Part shown: positions 29,769 to 38,247 of the stretch, piece by piece
Layout of the letters: the number at the start of each line of letters is the position of its first letter
How positions within the stretch are numbered: position 1 is the first letter of the stretch
Notes under the pieces: model-generated
Seen by the model: only the letters and a program-made list of their open reading frames with translations
Told to the model about the DNA's origin: nothing
Database searches by the model: none
Position numbers and translations under genes: made by a program
Assembly: GCA_964535825.1 (NCBI GenBank)
Contig: CAZHUC010000004.1
Span: 6,928 to 70,927 of the forward strand
From: an uncultured Rickettsiales bacterium
Lineage (GTDB): Bacteria; Pseudomonadota; Alphaproteobacteria; Rickettsiales; SXRF01
Length of the DNA stretch: 64,000 bases
Reading direction: 5' to 3'

Positions 29769-31361
29769 ATGGAATATCGCGTACTTGCCCGTAAATACCG
29801 TCCTGCCACATTCGCTGACCTGATCGGTCAGGATGTGCTGGTGCGCACCCTCTCCAATGCCATGGCAACGGGCCGTATCGCCCATGCATTTTTGCTTACG
29901 GGTATTCGCGGCATCGGTAAGACCACCACGGCGCGTATCATTGCCCGCGCCCTGAACTGTATCGGGGAAGACGGCAAAGGTGGCCCGACCATATCACCGT
30001 GTGGTGTATGTTCGAATTGCCAGATGATCGCGGAAGACCGGCATGTGGATGTACTGGAGATGGATGCGGCAAGCCACACCGGCGTTGATGACATACGCGA
30101 CCTGATAGATACGGTAAAATACCTGCCAAGCTCGGCACGCTACAAAATATATATCATCGACGAAGTGCACATGCTCTCCACCAGCGCGTTCAACGCGTTG
30201 TTAAAAACTCTGGAAGAGCCACCACCACATGTAAAATTCATTTTTGCGACAACAGAGTCACGCAAGATACCGGTCACCATTCTTTCACGCTGCCAGCGTT
30301 TTGACCTGAAGCGTGTGGATGTGGATACGCTTTCAAAACATCTCACGAATATTGTAGCCAATGAATCAGGGCAGGCTGAAGAAGAAGCGCTGAAGCTCAT
30401 TTCAGTTGCGGCTGAAGGCTCGGTGCGCGATGCACTTTCCATGCTGGATCAGGCGATGGCGCGTGGCGAGTTGGTAACAGTTGCGTCTGTGCGCCAGATG
30501 ATCGGCAGTGCAGATAACACGGCGATATTCCGCCTTCTGGAATCATTGCTTTCTGGCGATGTCTCCGGAACTCTTGATCTGTTGCGCGAATATTACGGGG
30601 CAGGGGCAGACCCCATGACCATGGTGCAGGATTGTTTGTCGGCCACTCATCTTATCACCCGCGTGAAAATATCACCGGCAGCACTTTCTGATATTACATT
30701 GTCACCACATGACCGCGAGATGGCGGCGAAACTGGCAGAGAAACTGTCCATGCCAGTTGTGACACGTTTGTGGCAGATGCTCCTTAAAGGTGTTGCCGAG
30801 GTGCGTGTTGCTCCTTCCCAGATCGCAGCGGTTGAGATGTTGATGGTGCGCATCGCATATGCGGCGCAAATGCCAACACCGGATGAGGTCATCCGTGATG
30901 TTTCTAGTGGTCAGCCTGCCGTAGTCGTAAAGCAGAAAAATGAGTCAGTCGTCAAACCGATTGCCGGGCCTGTAAAGGATCAACCCAAGCAAAAGGCCAA
31001 CAGCTTTAAAGAGCTTGTTGCTCTCTTTTCCAAGAATCGCGAGCCACTTTTGTATACGCGCCTGCATCAGGATGTGCATCTTGTAAAATTTACTGTGGGT
31101 GAATTGACCATCCGTGGCAATGAACATGTAGGTCGTGAAGTCGCCGCCCGCATCTCAGATTGCTTGCAGGCATGGACAGGTGAAAGCTGGAAGGTAATGC
31201 TTTCCAAGGATGAAGGCGAGCCAACCCTGCTTGAGCAGGAGCAGGCCGAGAAGAAAAAAAATATTCAGGAAGTAGCGGAACATCCGCTGGTTGCTAGTGT
31301 GCTGGAGCAGTTCCCCGGCGCGCAGGTCGTAGATCTAAAACAAACTGTTCAAGGAGAATAA
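29769..31361 (+). CDS. dnaX: DNA polymerase III subunit gamma/tau
   Basis: 530 aa with GIRGIGKTT Walker A, the CGVCSNC zinc module, IIDEVHMLS and SRCQRF. Confidence 0.93.
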   Translation: MEYRVLARKYRPATFADLIGQDVLVRTLSNAMATGRIAHAFLLTGIRGIGKTTTARIIARALNCIGEDGKGGPTISPCGVCSNCQMIAEDRHVDVLEMDAASHTGVDDIRDLIDTVKYLPSSARYKIYIIDEVHMLSTSAFNALLKTLEEPPPHVKFIFATTESRKIPVTILSRCQRFDLKRVDVDTLSKHLTNIVANESGQAEEEALKLISVAAEGSVRDALSMLDQAMARGELVTVASVRQMIGSADNTAIFRLLESLLSGDVSGTLDLLREYYGAGADPMTMVQDCLSATHLITRVKISPAALSDITLSPHDREMAAKLAEKLSMPVVTRLWQMLLKGVAEVRVAPSQIAAVEMLMVRIAYAAQMPTPDEVIRDVSSGQPAVVVKQKNESVVKPIAGPVKDQPKQKANSFKELVALFSKNREPLLYTRLHQDVHLVKFTVGELTIRGNEHVGREVAARISDCLQAWTGESWKVMLSKDEGEPTLLEQEQAEKKKNIQEVAEHPLVASVLEQFPGAQVVDLKQTVQGE

Positions 31362-31364
31362 CAG

Positions 31365-31685
31365 ATGAACTTACAGAAAATGATGAAACAGGCGCAAGAT
31401 ATGCAGCGCAAGATCACCGAATTGCAGGCATCGCTGGAAGCACAGGAAGTGGATGGTACGGCAGGTGGTGGCGTGGTGAAGGTGCGTGTTACTGGCAAAC
31501 ACCGTCCGGTTTCTGTAAGCATCGATGCCAGCCTGATGAAAGCTGAAGAAAAAGATATGCTGGAAGACCTGCTGGTTGCCGCGCTGAATGATGCGCATGA
31601 TAAGATCGATGCAACCTTCACCGATGAAATGAGCAAGGTCACAAGCGGTATGAACCTGCCGCCGGGAATGAAGCTGCCATTCTAA
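31365..31685 (+). CDS. ybaB: Nucleoid-associated protein YbaB/EbfC
   Basis: 106 aa with MMKQAQDMQRKI...GGGVVKV..TG. Canonical dnaX-ybaB-recR order. Confidence 0.9.
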   Translation: MNLQKMMKQAQDMQRKITELQASLEAQEVDGTAGGGVVKVRVTGKHRPVSVSIDASLMKAEEKDMLEDLLVAALNDAHDKIDATFTDEMSKVTSGMNLPPGMKLPF

Positions 31686-31694
31686 GGGATCTTT

Positions 31695-32288
31695 GTGGCA
31701 CATAACGATATCGAAGAATTGATCCGTCTATTCTCCAAGCTGCCGGGCTTAGGCCCGCGTTCGGCGCGTCGTGCGGTGTTGCACCTGATGCGCAATAAGG
31801 AGCAGGTGATGAAGCCGCTGGAGCATGCGCTGGGTCGTGCGATCGAGAATATCCGCAGTTGTGCATCCTGTGGCAATCTTGATATTTCCGACCCGTGCCA
31901 TATCTGTACCGACGCGAGGCGGGATGTTTCCGTTATTTGCGTGGTGGAAGAGGTGGCCGATCTATGGGCGATCGACCGCTGCAATTTATTCAAAGGCCAG
32001 TATCATGTGTTGGGCGGTACGCTTTCTGCCATTGATGACCGTGGGCCTTCGCAGCTCAATATCGAATCACTGATACGGCGCGCAGCAAGTGAGGAGGTTA
32101 AGGAAATCATCCTTGCCACCAATGCGACCATTGAAGGGCAGACCACCGCCCATTACCTCACCACGCGGCTGGCAGTGTGTAATGTCAGCATTTCGCGGCT
32201 TGCACAGGGCATTCCTATGGGCGGTGAACTGGATTACCTCGATGACGGCACACTGGGTGCCGCCCTCAAGGCAAGGTTACCGTTCTAA
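31695..32288 (+). CDS. recR: Recombination protein RecR
   Basis: 197 aa with a GTG start. LPGLGPRSARR HhH, a C4 zinc finger (CASCGNL...CHIC) and a Toprim domain. Confidence 0.93.
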   Translation: MAHNDIEELIRLFSKLPGLGPRSARRAVLHLMRNKEQVMKPLEHALGRAIENIRSCASCGNLDISDPCHICTDARRDVSVICVVEEVADLWAIDRCNLFKGQYHVLGGTLSAIDDRGPSQLNIESLIRRAASEEVKEIILATNATIEGQTTAHYLTTRLAVCNVSISRLAQGIPMGGELDYLDDGTLGAALKARLPF

Positions 32289-33017
32289 TTAAAGCGACAG
32301 TTTCTTGAAGATTCTCTCCGGGATGTGGCAGATGATCAGCATGATGAACCGCCAGAAGAACGGCACATACAGCACATCCTTATTCTTTTCTGAAGCATCT
32401 ACAATTTTGCGTGCCACATATTCTGGGCTGGCGATAAGCGGGCTGTTCATACTCCATGTCATTGGGGTATCGATAAAGCCTGGTTTTACGGTCATCACAT
32501 GTACGCCATGTTTTGCAAACCGATTACGCAGACCTGATGCGAAAGCGGTGAGTGCAGCTTTTGCAGCGCCATAAGGATAATTGCTTTGCCGGCCACGGTC
32601 GCCAGCCACTGAGGAAATAATGGTAACCTTACCGCCATGCCTGCCTGCCAGTTGGTCACAGGCGGCCTGTGCAATTTGCGCAGGTATGATGAAATTGAGG
32701 TATGTGATATAAGCGATGGATCTCTGCATGGCGCTGGTGTCGGTGGGCAAATATCCCAACACGATCACCACTTCATCTACATGTCCAAGTGCCTGAACCA
32801 GTTTATCCGCAGAGAATCCTTCTTCTGCCACATCGGCATGTATGGTTTTGCACATTGTGCCATGACGCACCGTGATGTCACCGGCCAATAAGTCCAGCTC
32901 TACTTCATCGCGTGCGACCAGCACAAGGCTGTGCCCACGACTGGCGAGCTCACGGCTCATTGCCTGTGCCAGCGAAGATGTCGCGCCAATGATGGCTATC
33001 TCACTTTTTTGGCTCAG
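32289..33017 (-). CDS. DprE2-like short-chain dehydrogenase (polyprenyl-phospho-2-keto-ribose reductase candidate), probable CTG start
   Basis: SDR with YGAAKAA (YxxxK). The C-terminus RFIMLIICHIPERIFKKLSL closely resembles the recalled M. tuberculosis DprE2 tail [20 protein letters not shown]. The Rossmann motif IAIIGATSS lies upstream of the first ATG (32960). A GAGGAG Shine-Dalgarno sits 7 nt before the CTG at 33017. Confidence 0.8.
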   Translation of the reverse strand: MSQKSEIAIIGATSSLAQAMSRELASRGHSLVLVARDEVELDLLAGDITVRHGTMCKTIHADVAEEGFSADKLVQALGHVDEVVIVLGYLPTDTSAMQRSIAYITYLNFIIPAQIAQAACDQLAGRHGGKVTIISSVAGDRGRQSNYPYGAAKAALTAFASGLRNRFAKHGVHVMTVKPGFIDTPMTWSMNSPLIASPEYVARKIVDASEKNKDVLYVPFFWRFIMLIICHIPERIFKKLSL

Positions 33018-34635
33018 GGGGATTCTCCTCTTTCTTGGCTAGGCTTGCGATATATTCCTGTTGCAGGTGATCATAATATCCCAGGTTGAATAATACTATG
33101 GTTTTAAGACGCTCCCTGTCCAGCAGATCTCCAGAGACAATTAATCTGAGTTTTTCATAATAATTTGCCAATGAGGTATGCATGTGTTCAACAGACCCTG
33201 TCTTCACTGCATAACGATATCCCTTAGGGATATCCCGGCGGAAATGGCCGATATAGAAATTTTGTTTATCCGCTGCCGGCAGGCGGGCAAGTAGCGGGTC
33301 TGCAAGACCAAGCTCATCGATATATTTAATATGGTTGCCAGCGTAATAGGGGCTCATACCGATATAATAGACTTTTTTGACCTCAACTTTTTCTTCGCCC
33401 ATCTTCTTGCCGCCTTCAACAAATGGGTAATTACCTTCCTTGCGCAACTTGAGCGGATATTTCTTCACCACGATCCGGTTGGCAGAAAATACAAAGCGGG
33501 CATCAATCACCCTACCTCTCAAAGGAATGCAGGATTTACAATGTCTGCGCAATTCCTGCAGCATTTGCGGCGCAAAATAGGTGATGCAGAACAGGCAGGC
33601 GAAAGCAAAAATAATATCCGGACGGATACGTTCCGGCAGCACAAAGAACCACAGGCAAATGGCAGCAAACACCGGCAATGCCCAGAACCTGCCAGCCATA
33701 TAATCACCCCCGATATACATGACATAAATGGAATACAGCGAAATACCTGTGGCCATAAAAGCCGGCAGGTAATCCATGCCGGTTGGTATCTTAAGCCAGC
33801 GATAGAAACGCTTTGGCAGCAGGAACAAGATGGTAGCCATCAGGTATATTGCGCCTGTCAGATCCCAGATAAACAGGTATTTTGCGTAATGAATGCCTTG
33901 GGAAAGATATTGCCACAGGGTCATATCCGTGCCGAGCTTGGCGTATTTGGTGTTAGGGAATAAGAACCCGTAATAGAACAGGGAGAAGGAAAGCCATGCG
34001 ATGAGTGGAAGCAAGCCAGCAAATATCTGCCCCCACCTTAAAGGGCGTTGTTTTATGACCAGATACACAAACACAGGCGCGTAAAGCAATATACTGTCGA
34101 GCCTGTTCACCAATGCCAGTGCCGTAATGGTTGTGCAGAAAAACCAGAAGAACCGGTGTTCCCGCCGCTGGAAGATGATAAAGCAGAACAGTGAGAAAAG
34201 CAGGTAACTCAGCGGATTCTCAAGACCTGAGGACGTATAGTCCACGAAAGATTTTGAAGCAAACAGGGGAACAAAGAAGAAAAAGACGGTAATCGGCACA
34301 GATCGATGGCCGGCATATACGGTGATGAGTATAGCAAATGCTGAACAGAGCACCGACAATACCACTGAGCCGACAAACAGATTTTCCCAGATGGCATATA
34401 TGGGAATATGCAGCAACAGCCATAACGGATGCGTGTAGGCCTGCACCCGCTCGTATGGATTCCAGCGCAGGCCATGCCCCTGAAAGAAATTCTCTATGAC
34501 CCGGAAGCTGATATAGGCATCTTCAGATACCCAGCCAATCGAGGCGATATAGAAAAAGAATGCCACCCAAAGCGCATAGATGATGGCAAGCTCGAGCGTG
34601 TTGTAGCGCGGTTGATTCAGCTTGCCTGCTTCCAT
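33001..34635 (-). CDS. GT-C-fold polytopic membrane glycosyltransferase (candidate arabinofuranosyltransferase)
   Basis: 544 aa with at least 10 hydrophobic segments. Acidic first-loop motif WVSEDAYISFRV, as in polyprenyl-P-sugar-dependent GT-C enzymes. Sandwiched between the DprE1-like and DprE2-like genes and overlaps both. Confidence 0.65.
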   Translation of the reverse strand: MEAGKLNQPRYNTLELAIIYALWVAFFFYIASIGWVSEDAYISFRVIENFFQGHGLRWNPYERVQAYTHPLWLLLHIPIYAIWENLFVGSVVLSVLCSAFAILITVYAGHRSVPITVFFFFVPLFASKSFVDYTSSGLENPLSYLLFSLFCFIIFQRREHRFFWFFCTTITALALVNRLDSILLYAPVFVYLVIKQRPLRWGQIFAGLLPLIAWLSFSLFYYGFLFPNTKYAKLGTDMTLWQYLSQGIHYAKYLFIWDLTGAIYLMATILFLLPKRFYRWLKIPTGMDYLPAFMATGISLYSIYVMYIGGDYMAGRFWALPVFAAICLWFFVLPERIRPDIIFAFACLFCITYFAPQMLQELRRHCKSCIPLRGRVIDARFVFSANRIVVKKYPLKLRKEGNYPFVEGGKKMGEEKVEVKKVYYIGMSPYYAGNHIKYIDELGLADPLLARLPAADKQNFYIGHFRRDIPKGYRYAVKTGSVEHMHTSLANYYEKLRLIVSGDLLDRERLKTIVLFNLGYYDHLQQEYIASLAKKEENPPEPKK

Positions 34636-35975
34636 TCCAGTCTTTCAGACATCAGAGAGGTGAAGCGGTTATGCAGGTCGGCATCATGGATGATATCACG
34701 CCATGCATGCGCAGCCTCACCATACATGGTGTAGAAATCATAAGCAGAAAGCATAGCATCCTTGGCGAGATACACCCTGCCGCCCAGTTCGGCGACACTA
34801 CGGTTCAGTATCGGAATAAAATTTTGTACGGCCGGAGTGTTAGGGAAATCCAGCGCAAGGCTATAACCCCTTTGGGAAAATGTAAGCAAGCCTTTGCCCT
34901 GCCGGTGGTACTTCAACACCGCAAGGAATGAGAATAGCTTGTGCTGGTGGATGAGCGACAGGATATCCTGTAGTGCTGCAACAACCGAGGGTGATTCAGG
35001 AATGATGCACTGATACTGGAAAAATCCCCTGCGGCCATATAACTTATTCCAGTTGCCGATGGTATCCAGTGGATGGAAAAAATTATTGAAATCCACTTTT
35101 TCCTCAAGGCGCTCCTGGCTGTATCGCTTGAAGCGAACATAGTTATATAGTTTCATCACCAAAGGATTCAGGAGGAAAGCAGGTGCGAAGACCGGCACGC
35201 TGACCTTAGGTTTGGCAGATGCATAGTCTTTTAATGTCGCGCCGCCATTGCCAGCGGCTATGTGGTTCGCTGCTTCAAATACACCGCGCCCAAGCTGTGC
35301 GCCCTTTGATGAATGATCGATCCAGCCCACCATGTAATCGGAGTTGTCGCGGAAATGTTCAAAAGCGGCGACCAGCGCTTGCAGTGAATTGACCTTATAT
35401 GTTGTGGTGGAAAGAGATGCCGATGTAATGGGCTTTAATTTGAATGTAACCTCTTCGATGATGCCGGTCATGCCCATGCCGCCGGCAGTTGCCCAGAAGA
35501 GGTCGCTGTAATGGTCTGGGGAGCATTCGATCGTTTTTCCGTCAGCCATTCTTAGCTTGATCGAAAGGACATGTTCGGCAAATTCGCCCTCACGGAAATG
35601 ATTCTTGCCGTGCACATTGCAGGCGAAGCATCCGCCAAGGGTGACATGGCGCGTACCCGGAATAACCGCAGGTATCCAGCCTTTTGGAATGGTGATATCC
35701 ATTACTTCAGCGAGGCTCACACCTGCCTGAGCTTTCAGGATGCCTTGTGTTGCATCGAATTCGATAAAATGGTTGAGCCGTGTGGTACAGACCACGCCGG
35801 AGGGTTGCAAAGACGCATCGCCATACGACCTGCCGAGGCCACGCGCGATCACAGGCTGGTTGTTTGCATCAAGGATATCTTTTATTTCACGCAGCTTTTC
35901 AGGCCGCCATGCACTGCACTCGGCAACAGGCGCATGTCCCCATCCATATAACATCTGGCGTTTAACAGGCAGCAT
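34617..35975 (-). CDS. DprE1-like FAD-dependent oxidoreductase (polyprenyl-phospho-ribose 2'-oxidase candidate)
   Basis: 452 aa. GWGHAP, ARGLGRSYGD and IPAVIPGTRHVTLGGCFACNVHGKNH parallel the recalled M. tuberculosis DprE1 motifs GWGR, ARGLGRSYGD and [25 protein letters not shown]. Confidence 0.85.
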   Translation of the reverse strand: MLPVKRQMLYGWGHAPVAECSAWRPEKLREIKDILDANNQPVIARGLGRSYGDASLQPSGVVCTTRLNHFIEFDATQGILKAQAGVSLAEVMDITIPKGWIPAVIPGTRHVTLGGCFACNVHGKNHFREGEFAEHVLSIKLRMADGKTIECSPDHYSDLFWATAGGMGMTGIIEEVTFKLKPITSASLSTTTYKVNSLQALVAAFEHFRDNSDYMVGWIDHSSKGAQLGRGVFEAANHIAAGNGGATLKDYASAKPKVSVPVFAPAFLLNPLVMKLYNYVRFKRYSQERLEEKVDFNNFFHPLDTIGNWNKLYGRRGFFQYQCIIPESPSVVAALQDILSLIHQHKLFSFLAVLKYHRQGKGLLTFSQRGYSLALDFPNTPAVQNFIPILNRSVAELGGRVYLAKDAMLSAYDFYTMYGEAAHAWRDIIHDADLHNRFTSLMSERLEWKQAS

Positions 35976-36784
35976 TATGGTTTTATCAGCTGGTGTGCTT
36001 TTGCAAAGTCTAAAACATGCGCTGAAATAACGTTCCTGTCAAAATCATTATGGCCTACATGCTCAAAAAAGATGGCTTTCTTGGGTTCGTTTGCCGCCTC
36101 AAGCAGGGCTTTACCATGTGAGATCGGAATAACGGCATCTTTTGCGCCGTGTAAGATAAGCACAGGGCAGGTGACCTTTTGGATCTTTTTCAGCGAATTG
36201 AAATGGTCTTTGATCAGCAAATGCACGGGAATATAAAAATATATCTCGGCTGCGCGGTTGGCCACCGATGTGTAAGGCGCTTCAAGCACCAGGCCGGCCG
36301 GTTTATGTTCAGTTGCCATCTGCACGGCAACGCCACTTCCCAATGATTCACCATAATAAATAACGTCATCATTAGGTATGTGGAGTTGAGAATGTAAGTA
36401 TGACAGGGCTGCGCGTGCGTCGCGGTAAATGCCACGCTCGGTGGGTGCGCCAGTGCTTTTGCCATAGCCCCTGTAGCTTAAGGCCAGGACACCAAATCCT
36501 GCATTGCTGAGGGCGGCAAAGTTGCCGGCGCGATTGGCAATGTTCGCAGCATTACCATGAAAATACATGATGGTAGGAAAGCCCGGCTGAGCCTTCTTGT
36601 ACCATAGCTGTATCCTGACTCCATCGGAGCTCACAGCCATAACATCTTCATATTCCTGCAAGCCATAGGTTGCAGGCGAGCTTATATTCTTGTCCGGAAG
36701 ATATAAAAGCTTGCGCTGGAAAATATACATCATCACCAAAAGGCAGATGTAAACCAGTAATATTCCGAGAATGATCTTAGACAT
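35975..36784 (-). CDS. Membrane-anchored alpha/beta hydrolase
   Basis: 269 aa with an N-terminal TM, the GESLGS nucleophile elbow and a C-terminal HVGHND. TAATG overlap with the DprE1-like gene. Confidence 0.75.
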   Translation of the reverse strand: MSKIILGILLVYICLLVMMYIFQRKLLYLPDKNISSPATYGLQEYEDVMAVSSDGVRIQLWYKKAQPGFPTIMYFHGNAANIANRAGNFAALSNAGFGVLALSYRGYGKSTGAPTERGIYRDARAALSYLHSQLHIPNDDVIYYGESLGSGVAVQMATEHKPAGLVLEAPYTSVANRAAEIYFYIPVHLLIKDHFNSLKKIQKVTCPVLILHGAKDAVIPISHGKALLEAANEPKKAIFFEHVGHNDFDRNVISAHVLDFAKAHQLIKP

Positions 36785-36827
36785 GTTTACCTAGAGGGGA
36801 TTACTACGATCATGAAACACCAAGCAT

Positions 36828-36849
36828 GTTAATGACTGGTTAATGACTG
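36828..36849 (+). promoter_or_regulatory. Tandem 11-bp direct repeat (gttaatgactg x2) that creates a TTAA-N7-TTAA CtrA-type box
   Basis: TTAA 36829-36832, 7-nt spacer tgactgg, TTAA 36840-36843. About 40 nt upstream of the cpaA start, in the divergent intergenic region. Confidence 0.4.
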
Positions 36850-36880
36850 GTTGATATATTTTTGAAAAAATGAGGGTCTT

Positions 36881-37366
36881 ATGCTCATCGCCGTATTTCT
36901 TATCATCGCAATGTTGCTCGTGTTGTATTTCGATATCACGCGCTACATCATACCGAACTGGCTCTGTGGGTTATTGCTGCTGCTTTACCCGATAGCTGTA
37001 TACATGGCGGCTGTGCCTGTTGATTGGCAGAAGGGGCTCATGGCGCTCGCGATCATGTTCGCCATTGGATATGTAGCTTTCGCCCGTAACTGGATGGGCG
37101 GTGGTGACGTCAAACTTCTGGTGGCTTGCAGCGTGTGGGTCGGGCTGGCCAGATTAATGGATTTTGCATTCACCGTTGCCATTCTGGGCGGGGTGCTTTC
37201 GGTTGTACTTTATCTGGTACGCAAGTTACCCCCTGTGGTGAATCGTGCACAGAAGTTGCCACGCATCATGCGTGTAGGTGAGCCGGTGCCATATGGCATT
37301 GCAATCGCCTTTGCATTCTTCCTGATGATGAAAATGGGGAATATCCCTGCACTTGCTATGCCTTAG
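36881..37366 (+). CDS. cpaA: Prepilin peptidase (A24 family, CpaA-type)
   Basis: 161 aa, polytopic. DITRYIIPN and GGGDVKLL carry the two catalytic Asp of A24 peptidases. Confidence 0.8.
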   Translation: MLIAVFLIIAMLLVLYFDITRYIIPNWLCGLLLLLYPIAVYMAAVPVDWQKGLMALAIMFAIGYVAFARNWMGGGDVKLLVACSVWVGLARLMDFAFTVAILGGVLSVVLYLVRKLPPVVNRAQKLPRIMRVGEPVPYGIAIAFAFFLMMKMGNIPALAMP

Positions 37367-38240
37367 ACGAATCTGACGGCGGTGGTGCAGCTTCACGTTG
37401 TGTAACGATCTGACCTCGTATCTGCACGATCTGATAGTTGAGTTCTGCACCAAAAATAAAAATGATGTTGCAGATATAAAAGAAGAGCAGGGCGGCGATG
37501 ATGCCACCAAGACTGCCATAAATAAGATTCACCTGATCGAAATTGGCAAGGTAACTTGCGAACAGGGTGGCTGCGCAAACCCAGAGGGCTACCACAAGGA
37601 TCGCACCCGGCACTACAGCCAGCAAACTTTGCTTGATATTAGGTATGAGATAATAAATGCAGCACACCGACAGAAAAATAAACCCGATGCTAAGCAGCAT
37701 GAATAGATTGTGAAGGCTTGCTCCGTCATCAGGTGTGAGTTTGAGTTGAGTGAGTCCTTGCAGGTAATCCAATGCAAAAGGTGCAGCAAGAACCAGTATC
37801 ATTCCGCCTATTAATATTGAGGTGAATACAAATAATTGCAGGATGCTGAGTGAGCGCCTGAACCAGTAGGCAGGCGGCGTTCCAACATGATACGCGCGGT
37901 TCAGAATGGTGCGCAGGCCTTCCACAGCAGAAGATGCTGTCCATATCGCGCCAAGGATCGATATGGTGAGTAAGCCTTGTGGTGGCCCTGATATGATCTC
38001 CTGTATACGCGGCTCTAAAGACCTTGAGATACTGTAAGGAAGGGCTTGCAACAATGTGGTGATGAAGGCCGCACCGGTTTCACCTTGTCCGGCAACGCCA
38101 ATGATGGAGAACACGAACACCAGAAAGGGAAACATGGCAAGCAGGCCAAGGAATGCCAGATAGCCGGCATGCTCGATGCCATCATGGTTGATGGTATTTT
38201 CAGCTGCTTTCCAAATGCCTTTTGCGAACTTCTTCAGCAT
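37356..38240 (-). CDS. YihY/BrkB family membrane protein
   Basis: 294 aa with GYLAFLGLLAMFPFLVF...YGSLGGIIAALLFFYI, typical of YihY. Confidence 0.8.
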   Translation of the reverse strand: MLKKFAKGIWKAAENTINHDGIEHAGYLAFLGLLAMFPFLVFVFSIIGVAGQGETGAAFITTLLQALPYSISRSLEPRIQEIISGPPQGLLTISILGAIWTASSAVEGLRTILNRAYHVGTPPAYWFRRSLSILQLFVFTSILIGGMILVLAAPFALDYLQGLTQLKLTPDDGASLHNLFMLLSIGFIFLSVCCIYYLIPNIKQSLLAVVPGAILVVALWVCAATLFASYLANFDQVNLIYGSLGGIIAALLFFYICNIIFIFGAELNYQIVQIRGQIVTQREAAPPPSDSSKA

Positions 38241-38247
38241 CGGATCT

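Noticed and set aside
31254-31261. A8 homopolymer (gag aag aaa aaa aat) inside dnaX, considered as a programmed -1 frameshift site producing gamma, as in E. coli.
   Set aside because: It lies only about 35 codons before the natural stop, so a frameshift would not generate a gamma-like truncation lacking domains IV-V. There is no downstream stem-loop or upstream SD-like stimulator.
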